A DNA stretch of 64,000 nucleotides from Lingula anatina (lineage: Eukaryota > Animalia > Brachiopoda): NCBI GenBank assembly GCA_051362555.1, contig CM120640.1, positions 6,386,001-6,450,000 of the forward strand. The letters are read 5' to 3'. Within the stretch, counting starts at the first letter, position 1; each line of letters opens with the position of its first letter. The notes beneath the pieces were generated by a model that was not told the origin of the DNA, ran no database searches, and saw nothing but the letters and a program-made list of their open reading frames with translations. The position numbers were made by a program, and so were the translations under genes. Positions 1 through 9,929 of the stretch are shown here, one piece after another.

Positions 1-483
1 AATTTTCAGCATGGCTAATTGAAAGCTGCCATATCTGAAATCAAAGAAAAGATTTAAAGGCATTTTTAGAGACATGATATAACACGTACCTAGCTGCACA
101 TTGCTCTGTTTATATTTGGAGTCGCAGTCATATGAAACAAAGATTGTTGCTTTAGTAATCATTTTGAAATTAAGGTCCCTATCAACAAAAATCGAATATT
201 TCTTCAGCATATAATGATTTAAGGAGAAATATATTCTTAATATAACTATTGACCTCTAGATTATATGTTAAAATATATTAAAAAGTGTGTTCCGCATACT
301 GATCCAAAATGCTACGTGACCTACATTAAACAATATGGCTTCCTTGTTGGAGTTGTAATTTCGCAACACCTTTATTGCTAATAATATTACACAAGATGCG
401 AGACGACGTTGTTTTGAACACAACAGCAAGTTTGATATTTAAACGTTCATTTTTAAACAACCTTAACCCCGCCACCTCAAGAG

Positions 484-3400
484 ATGACGGGCGAATCGGG
501 CGTGGACGAAGACCAATCTGCATTTCTGCTCCTTCCTGAGGATGTCTTGTTGATGGTCCTGTCCTACTGTGACAAAAGTTCACTTGGAAGACTCAGTTGT
601 GTCTGTAAGAAGATATGGGGTTTGGTGTCAGAAGACTCTGTCTGGAGAAAGTATAGTCTCAAAGTGACTTTGATAGAAGATCCTAACCCAAGGAGGAGGG
701 GAGGACATGGGTAGGCCTTACAGTACAGTACTTGCGTGAAGTTTAACTTTAAAATAAAATATTGAATCGGTTTCCTTGTCAGTGTCACTGTATCAGTCTA
801 TAATGGAGTTTTACTCTATTGTCCCTCCAATATCAGGTTATTGGAAATAAATGATTCATGAAAGCGTCACTGCATTGAAAGGAAGAAACATGCCTTCAAA
901 GTCCATTCTCTTCCGTCACCTCACTGAAAAGCTGAGGGAATCAAAAGTATTTCCTCAGAAATTTGTTAAGTAACAGTACCATAACAATTTGAGACAAAAA
1001 CTTTGCTTGAAATGTGCAAATACAAGTAAAAGGTTTTACTGAAGTTGACAAGACTAGGGGGACACAAAAAATCAAGTTATTTTGTAGTACTTTCATTTAC
1101 AGTTTTATTCCTTGGGGGAGACATGCCCTTGTTTTTCTTGGAAATATCCAGCCTCTCCATCCGGTGTGGTTCATTATATATCTGTATACTTAATTGTGGC
1201 CATTGTAGTCATTTTTGCAAATTAACAATTTAATTTGAGACAATAAACAAGATCAAAGAGTTGCGCTTGCAATTTTGGATATAAATTAGTAAGATCTTGC
1301 GTGTTTCTTGTGACATCTCTCTGTGTATTTATGAGATGTAGGTTCTAATATTCATTATTCTTCATTTTCTTATTTCAGGAGAAATTGTACAAAGCCAAAT
1401 TTAAAAGAACAGTGCAGATTATCACACAGTTGGAAGAAGGGAATTTTTCAAGAAAATACTGTACTTAAATATAAAATAAGGTAACTAGTAGATAAGAAAA
1501 TGTTTAATATTATTATATTATATGTAAAAGAACAGTGTTTTAGAGCCCCCTTCTTTTGCCAAGTAAAGCAATACTATGTTCAAATGTCATGGATAGTCCA
1601 GTTTATTTGTAAGTATTAAAAAAACATCTAGAATATCATGGTTTTTTATTTTCCATTCAGGCAGTTACCTTGGATGCACAGAGATAACACACACATATGG
1701 ATAACCCAGAGAAATATGATAAGATGCTTCAGCCAAAGAAGAAATGGTGTGCTGCATGAGAACAAGGATAAAATTCTAACTGGACATACAGATGATGTGT
1801 GCAGATTTGTCAGCAGGGATAATAGAGTGGTCAGTGGGGGAACGTAAGTTAACCATTGTGTGCAAATTGAGATGCTAATATATGACATTCTTTTATCCAT
1901 TGGTGGGGGTGAGCATGCAAGACTGAAGAGACTGAAGGAAAAAACAAATAATACTGCTTCATTACATATACTTTGCCAAAAAATAAAAGTAAACTAGTGC
2001 AAGTCTTATCACTAGTGCACTGGTGATCTACATGCAATACAGTGATACTCTGGTTTTAGTATTTTATTTTTATATGTTACATAGTATATGTAATATATAA
2101 AAATAAAATACTTAGCATGGAATTTGTCTTTATCCTGGGTTGTGTTTAGTCAGCAACTTTTTCCTCACGATTTTTCCCACAATAGGTTTTAAAGATGTAT
2201 AACCTATGTAGTATTGATGCAGTGTCCTGTTAATGTAATCTAAAGTTTGATCATTATAATTATTTAGAACCTATAATTTTGTATTTCTAGTGATGGCCGT
2301 ATATGTGTGTGGAGCACAAACACTGGGGTTGGCTTGTACTGTATATCAGGGGCACATGATGATGAAGTCAGTGCCATTGACACCCGAGGTGATATGATAG
2401 TATCAGGATCAAGAGACTCCAGATTGAAGGTAATTTTTTTATCAAGATCTAGGAAGATGGAAGGAAAATTATGCAAGAAAAAAAAGGCAAAAAACTCTTC
2501 CCAAATTGAATGTTAAAGCTATCAAATCATTCAAGATCTTACAATTTCCCCTCATTGGTTGCCCATCAAGGTTGCCCACCTCTGTTCACTCAAATGTTTA
2601 TCACTTTTTCTTTGTATGGCTATATACTGGTAGGCATATAAGCTCTATCCACCAGTATATGACCCAGTTTGTTGCTTAATGTAGAAAGAAAATTTTCTTG
2701 ACTCATGTAAATTTAAATTTCGAGTTTTTTAACACCTCATTGTACACTCAAATCCTATTTTAGATTTGGTCCATGTCTGTTGAAAAAGGGGACATGTTGA
2801 GATGTAACATTACAGCTCAGGAGAGGGTGTGGTCCGTGGCAATAAGTCCTGATCACAGGTACAGAATACAGGTTCAGATATATTATGCTTAAGAATGCAG
2901 GATCCAGAATATCAAGAGTTCTTTATTTTTATAAGTATTTATTTGTTTTTAATTGTAAGATTAAGAAGAGGTAATGCTACTTATATTCAGATATCATAAA
3001 TTAGTTATTTTCAGATTTAAATTTAAACTGTCCTTCAGAGATATTGTCATCATTGCAATGATAGTTATCATTTAAATGTATCTTGTTGCTTGTACTTTAG
3101 CTTAATGTCATGTGTGTTCTTTGTTGTTCTTTCTAGGACATTTGTCAGTGGCACAGCTGGTTGTGGGCATGTATCTCCTTTGAGACTGTGGGACATGAAC
3201 ACGTGAGTTGGAGAAAGCTTTGCATCTGCATAATAAACAAATAGTACAAAATACATATGTGAAAGTATTAAAACTAAAACAATAAAGGTGTAAGAATATA
3301 TTTGCAATCAAAGTAGAATGGCTCTATTTCGGTGTAACTACAAATAAGTATGGCTCTATTTCAGCGTAAATACCACTTGTAAAGTTTTTATCACGTCTCA

Positions 3401-4380
3401 AGCTGTACACTACATGTGTTGATTCATTGGTTTGTCACTGGTTCTTGTCATCTGCCCTTTCAGTGGACACCTGTCCTGTCTGATGCACACTAATCACCGT
3501 AAAGGAGCAGGTGCTAAAGACGTCCAGTTTGAGTCCCCTAATGAGCTGCTATCCTGTGGGTATGACACATACATACGTTTATGGGACACCAGGACAGAGA
3601 GTTGGTATGTCAGTTGTTTACTGGTGTATATTACAGAAACAGTATGTTGGATTGATGTTAATAATCTTTTCTGTTTATAGGATACACTGTGTATGTTTTC
3701 AAAGACATGGTACATCCCATTTTAGTAATGAAATAACTTTCTCCTGCCCAGAAGAGGGATTTTTTTCTCATTTATTTAAAACTCTTAAGATTAATGAGGA
3801 TCCCTGGAAGATCTGATAATAACTGTATTTTTTAGCCAAAAAATGTGTATACAATCCCTCTAGGCAACAAAATATGGTATAAACTGAACAGGCATGAATT
3901 CTTATTTCTTTATCTGTATTACTTTCCAGTGTGGCAGAGTGGGAAGAGCCCTATGATTCAGCTATCTATTGTATTAGAAGTGATGGGTATAATTCCATCT
4001 TGGCTGGGACTGCACGGTACGGAATGGTTAGACTGTGGGACAAACGGATGACCAGACCAGTTCAGGTGAGCACCATATGATTTGCAGAACCAATATCGGT
4101 GTCTGGCAACAAGGAGAAACATTTTAATTTGGATGTAAGTGATTTAATGTTTTTTTTATAAACAGTCTGATTGCTCTACATTGTTTATTATCTGAACTGG
4201 TATAAGGTAACCTATTTAATATATCTGTAATTTCTAATACATAATTCTTTTTTCTTTTGTTTCCAGATGTATTACACTTCAAGAGACAGCAGCCCAGTGT
4301 TTTCTTTGTTATTTGACTCTAAATTCATGTATGTAGCTCTTGACAAGAGTATTAAGATGCTGAACTTCAGTCTGCTGTGA
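484..4380 (+). CDS. FBXW4: F-box/WD-repeat protein 4 (dactylin), 9 coding exons, 400 aa
   Basis: Exons 484-710, 1379-1480, 1661-1843, 2291-2429, 2764-2858, 3137-3202, 3464-3604, 3930-4065, 4267-4380; all GT-AG, phases consistent, 1203 nt ending TGA. N-terminal F-box (LLLLPEDVLLMVLSYCD...LSCVCK...W), then RQLPWM, GHTDDVCRF, IVSGSRD, RVWSVAISP, LLSCGYDTYIRLWDTR, CVAEWEEPYDSAIYC, GMVRLWDKR, which match remembered FBXW4 motifs. Confidence 0.93.
2058..2112. repeat. Near-perfect AT-rich palindrome (26-bp arms, 3-nt loop) in FBXW4 intron 3
   Basis: AGTATTTTATTTTTATATGTTACATA-gta-TATGTAATATATAAAAATAAAATACT; one mismatch between arms. Confidence 0.85.
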
Positions 4381-5676
4381 GTGATATTAGTGGATGCAAA
4401 TTTAATTCATTTAATGTACAGAGTATAATTTAAAATGGTAATATCCATATTATTGGAAGACTTAGGATATCAGTGATTCATTTTAAAAACTTTCTGCACT
4501 ACCGAAGGTGGTTTATATGTTATTTTGTGCTCTCGCAAAGTTGAATTTTTACATCTGACTTTCAGATTCGTAAATATCATTTTAGAAATGAGAAAGTAAA
4601 CGTGGTGTTGTCCTATGTATTTTAGCTTTTGAATCGGGTATTAGATAAAGTATTCTCAGAGATGTCATGTTCTGACTGTGATAATAAAATGATATTATGT
4701 GACCCTGGTTATTATTACTGTTATTTGAGGATGTCTTTGGATCATCAACCTTGACTGTAAAATGGATGATGTAAATAAACTGTTTTCTTTTGTCATTCCT
4801 GATGTTAATATATTTTAAAATCACCCTTCATGTTATAAATACAAATGATGTACATATATGAATATAGGTAAGAAAAATTTGGAAATAGCAAACCAACACT
4901 GTGATATACAGGATTCTCAAGAAAAATAAATTCACAAAATGAAATGGCACATATCAGTTAACTGATGTTCAGTACATGTATGTATTTCTAAAGTGGGAAA
5001 GGCCATGCACTAATACAACCCTTTTAATGCTTGTACTGTAGTACAATAATGACCAAAATTATAACTGGTGAAACATTTCTGAAATGTGATCATGATCCAC
5101 TGAAAAAAATGTATGTTGATTTGGCTGTTATCTGACAAACAATGATGGCAAAACCAGTACATTAATAATATGTGCAAGGCAATTATTTGCTGTGACAGTG
5201 TCAAGTGACGGAAAGTTCTTCCACGGACACGTGTGACTTCTCCCTTATAAACTCATAACTGGTAATGTACTTTTTAATATTTATCAAAGTTATGCAGCTG
5301 AAGGATGCGACATGTCAGTCCAAAAGCTATTTATAATTTCTCATTGATCCGAAAAATAATAAGTTCCTTTTGGACCAGCAAATACCCAAGTCAAAGAACT
5401 TTCGTACCACATGTACATGGCGATGCGCCTCAACAATATCACGCTTGAGACATGTTAAGTACCAACTGCAATGCTGTCTGATGAAAGACTATTTACGAGC
5501 ACTGTTTCTCATTTTGTACCCTGAGTGACAGCAGTGATGCAGGTGATCATGTTTAATTGGAAACAATTTTCCTCTTACATCGCAGCAGAGGCAGGTTTCA
5601 AAAAAAAAAGAAACTGTTAATGAAAAGTTGATTTCAACCCTAATGCCTAAATGTTGGTCGACTCAAAATCCGTAAT

Positions 5677-5844
5677 CAGGGGCGGATTTAGGCCGTCTTC
5701 TGGGTCTTTCGGAAGACGGTCAGATTTTTAAGTTTACATTGACGGGTATCTAAGGTTTTCTGTCGGAAGACGGTCAAAAATGGAGGATGGATTAACAAAG
5801 ATAATTTGGAAGACTGTCAGAAAATATCTCTGGATCCGCCCCTG
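5677..5844. mobile_element. 168-bp MITE, hAT-like termini, 5-bp target-site duplication
   Basis: Terminal inverted repeats CAGGGGCGGAT... / ...ATCCGCCCCTG; GTAAT directly on both sides (5672-5676, 5845-5849); internal repeated motif GGAAGAC(G/T)GTCA three times plus a partial inverted copy. Confidence 0.8.
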
Positions 5845-6762
5845 GTAATAGTCTAATAAAACAAACAATAGATATTCTGAGGTATTTAAAAAGGTGAAAA
5901 TCTTTATATACCTGTAAAACAGGCGCATTATTTAATTTATTTGGACTACAACTGATTTATCTGGGGAAGCAGGCAAGTGAGTTTGAGTTAAAAGTAAAGA
6001 CCAACTTATGATCTAAAATTCTTTTGTAAAACACAGGAAACCAGTATCCTCCACCCGCTCCTCACCCTCACCCGCTTGACAAGATCGGCTGCGAGAATAC
6101 AAAATTCAGGGTACTTTACTGGCCATCAAACGAGAGCTGTCTGTCAATGATTGTGGTCGGGTATTTTAGGGGATAAAGGAAGGTTGACAAAACGTTTCCT
6201 TTTTTTTTCTTTCTTTCTTTCTTTCTTTTTTTTTTGTCCAAAGGCAGACGAAACACTCACCCCCCCCCCCCTCACACAAAACAAGCACAGATATTAATAA
6301 AAGTCAGAAAAATGTTTGCAATGTTAATGGCAAGCACTAAAGTGAGCGGTATCATGACAGAACGGAGACCTCTCAGTCTCAATTTTTGGCTGCGTAAAAA
6401 AGAAATAAGAAAACATGGTACTAATTATTAGGGTTATTTGCAGTACTTATTTGCGTCCAAGATAAATCCACTAGGATCCAATGCTTTGTGCCCCCTTCCC
6501 TGTATCCATAGAAGTTTATTATAAAATCTTGGGTGATGCGGCTGGTGATTTAATTAACATTGTCACAAAAGAAAAAAGTATCTTCCTTGCCCCCTCCCTA
6601 TGAAAATGGACCTGCCCTTCGATGTTAAAACTGTTCACTTTCTAACTACCATATAGAAGGAAGTAATACACCCCAGATTAGTGGGTAATAACTGATGTAA
6701 GCAATCCCCAGCAATCAAAACGTGTGTCGGATCCCTGTCACAAGACGCAACTTAACGCACGA

Positions 6763-8826
6763 ATGGAAGTGTTAGACAACCTCAGTTTATGTGAACAGTT
6801 TAGTGACCATAGTAGTCCACCTTTCTCAGTGGGTAAGCTCCTCGAGGTAGACGTCGATAGCATAAGTCCAAGTACGTTTGATATGAGTGGGTCTTCCTGT
6901 GGTTCTGGTGAACAACCTGACGGGCTGGACGATCCCCGCCCAGAAAATCCCCAGACGGGTGATGATGACAAAGAAAAACCTAAGGACCTGTCCATAGGAA
7001 ACGAATCTTGTCCAGGGAGTGCGACAAGTGGACAAAAACGAAACTTGGCCTCTGAAAACGTCACTGCCAACAACGACACCAACGCTGATCTTGAGGGAAG
7101 TAGCAGATGGAACTATTATCAAAATTTCTTGGACCTTGCCCAGCCTCTTGGTCCAATGCCACCGCAAGCGCACAGTGGTGGCGGCGGAGATGTAGGAAAA
7201 TATTCTCAGCAATCGAACGTAACGTCAAATAACGCGCCATCCAGCACTAATCCCACAGGCCCCAGAACTGTCTTGCCCTTGACAACACACGAACATTCAC
7301 ACCCTGTGTGCCACACCAACCTTTATGCTGATTTCAACCTGTACCAGCCCCACCAGACGGCAAATCCGTTCCCCAACTATGGAAACTCTGCAAACGATTA
7401 CCAATTGCCAAAAGCGGGGTACCATGGCAGCTTCGCGTATCTGCCACAACAGCTCCAGGGTGCCCCGCCCATGGGACACTCGTACTCCGCCGGTCCTTGG
7501 GTGAGGCCGTATTATACCCTTCCAGTGCGAAAGCGCCCGTACAAAGGTCTGAACGATAATGAAAGTCCCGGAGAGCCAGATAGTAGCACGGGTGCCGCGC
7601 CAACCCCAGAACCAAGGGGAGACGGTAGTACGGATATATGCATGATGCAATATTTTATATATATATTTATTTTCACTCAGAGAAAAAATGTAGAAAGCTG
7701 AAGGACAAAGTGGTCGATATTTGGCGTTAGAAAAATATAAGGTGTACTATCCGGGATTTTCCGGCCAAATAGAATTTTCCTCGAAGGAAGTAATTTCTTC
7801 CTACTCATTGCTTGACTCATCCCAGCTCTTGGATTCTATGTTTTATATCATTTTAACTAAATAATTAAGTTCTTAGTGTTTCCAGTGACGTTTTGATCCC
7901 CAAGTCTTTTTGTACATTTATAGGAAATTTTGACATCAGGTACTTTTAATTGGGAGCTTTATCGTTTTATAATATAAATTGTACAAAAAATTTATCTGTA
8001 TATGTTTAGGTGGCGAATCTCCTCATGGGCCCTCAGTGTCTAACGTGGGTCCAGTTGCCAGTCTGGGTAGTGCCATGACCCAACGAACAGGGCCCTATAC
8101 CAGAGGACGAAGAGTCTGTTTTTCTACATCCCAAATACAAGAACTCGAAAAGAGTTTCCTTAAAAGCCAGTACTGCAATACAGATGAACGCAAATTGCTG
8201 GCAGAAAAGCTGGAACTTAACGAGACCCAGGTATCTTATAAAATTTTTAATTTTTCATTTAATGTTTACTTTAAATTATACATGATCATCTGAACTCACT
8301 GTGTATCTACATGTGATTTTTGTTTAATGTATTTTTCCAGATCAAAAACTGGTTTCAGAATCGCCGCAGCAAAGAGAAACGCCGACAGAAGAAAGAAGTG
8401 ATATTGAGTGCCCTAACTCGCCCCAACATCACGCTAGATAGCTGTGGACCAGAATTGCCTGACGTTCGCATACCATCCCAAGATAAAACGCATACCCCTC
8501 CTCCTACTCCACCAACGCCACCGCCGTCATCAGTGCCTACGGCTGAACCTTATCCCACCGTCATGCCACCGTGGTCGTACCACCAGTATCCGCAGTCTGT
8601 CATGCCCGGGTGTGGTATGGTTACTCAGCCTTCGCCTGCCGCTTGGAACCCACAACCAGTAGGGATGTTCGGACCAGGGGGATTTCACAACCCGTACGCT
8701 GTGTGCTACCCGGGGTATCCATACCTACAGGTCGATCATTACAGATCACAGATGGCCTCTGACCAAGAGCCGAAAGTGAAAGATGATTCCACAGAGCAGG
8801 CTGATGTGAAGAAGGAAACTGCCTAA
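6763..8826 (+). CDS. Divergent ANTP-class NKL homeobox transcription factor (Vent/Lbx/Tlx-like, family unresolved), 3 exons, 522 aa
   Basis: Exons 6763-7624, 8010-8230, 8341-8826 (phase 1 then phase 0; 1569 nt). Homeodomain TRGRRVCFSTSQIQELEKSFLKSQYCNTDERKLLAEKLELNETQ|IKNWFQNRRSKEKRRQ at 8099-8230 plus 8341-8388, intron between residues 44 and 45; eh1-like FSVGKLL at 6823-6843; Pro/Tyr-rich C-terminus. The first donor (GTAGTA at 7625) is weak and the start codon is inferred. Confidence 0.9.
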
Positions 8827-9379
8827 GACATTTGTTAAAAATAGGTAATCTACTCAAGTATCAAAGAAGAAAACGGTGCTAGCTGTTACCTGTATACCTA
8901 AACTCTAAATAACTTCTGCACAAGTCCGGTTAAGATGGTAGGCCAACTCTGCGTCAAAAGCATCAAAAAAGCGGATTTTGAATTGTAATGATATGTTTGA
9001 GTATTGTTTCTATCTCTGTTTTTAAGTAGTATTAACGATTAGTAGGCCTACTGTACATACATTTGTCAAGTTGAATTTCGTCGTATTGGAGAAGCGATTG
9101 CGCATTTCACATGTATGCATTTTGAATAGAACATTAGGCAGTGCATTTTAATCTGTAGTGTTTGTTTTACAAAATTAGCTTAGAATTAGATCTTACAAGA
9201 TTTGAGAGCGGATATTCATATTGTATTTTGCCAAATTATATTATAGGCCCTATGCAAATTAGAAAGCTAAGACCTTAGTAAAGCAATGGTAAAACGATCT
9301 AAAAAGTGTTTGTTTTTATTTTGTGCACGTTCTGTCGACACAAACTGTCCTGTAAATGTATGGTATGTTGAAAAAAGTA

Positions 9380-9385
9380 AATAAA
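9380..9385 (+). promoter_or_regulatory. Candidate polyadenylation signal of the homeobox gene
   Basis: AATAAA about 550 nt after the stop codon, following a T/GT-rich 3' UTR-like stretch. Confidence 0.5.
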
Positions 9386-9929
9386 GACTTGTGATCTGAT
9401 TACCACGCTTAATTATTTGGTAATTATAAGTTTTGATTATTCTGAAAGTGATCAGAAATTAAAAGATCGGTTCATAAAAAGGCCTGAAAAGCCTAGTCTG
9501 CATTGACTTAAAAAGCACCTGTTAACTTCGCTGAAACTTGCCTTTTACACCTTTTGATGAATTTATTCTTGGAAACGAGGATTAGATTGCCCTTTAAACA
9601 CAATTTTATTTACATGGTGAGTTTTTGAAGATTTCCTTCGGTCATAATTTCAATTAAAATAGATCTACAACTTTCAATTTAAAAAGCTGCTCAAAGATTA
9701 TAATGACATTTACTAAAACGGGCATGTAGAAACGGTAATACTTAAATCAATGCCTCGTTAGCCCTTCCTACTTCAGGATTATCTATTTCAGCATTATTGT
9801 AACCATTCTGGCCCACAGCTATCTAGCGTGATGTTGGACCGTTTATACTGCGCCCGTGCCAGTGTATAAACTTTACACCAATCAGACTAGTACGAATTTT
9901 TTGTGCGGGATCGCTACTGAAGGAAAACA

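Noticed and set aside
1-162. Possible divergent gene on the minus strand (ATG at 162, donor at 89, acceptor at 35)
   Set aside because: The spliced frame stops within 7 codons and the intron would be only 55 nt; could be 5' UTR of a gene outside the window but cannot be supported.
396-539. Upstream out-of-frame ATG ORF overlapping the FBXW4 start
   Set aside because: Transcription start unknown, so it may not be in the mRNA; peptide has no recognisable features.
5200-6762. BMP-response element GRCGNC-N5-GTCT expected upstream of a Vent-type gene
   Set aside because: No clear match found by eye, so it offers no support for the Vent assignment; a formal scan is needed.
6738-7650. Several minus-strand ORFs of 93-128 aa over homeobox exon 1, and similar ORFs over FADS6
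   Set aside because: Shadow frames of GC-richer coding sequence with no recognisable domains.
8231-8340. GTATCTT donor resembling a U12-type intron
   Set aside because: Does not match GTATCCTT and no TCCTTAAC branch site near the acceptor; ordinary U2 intron is more likely.
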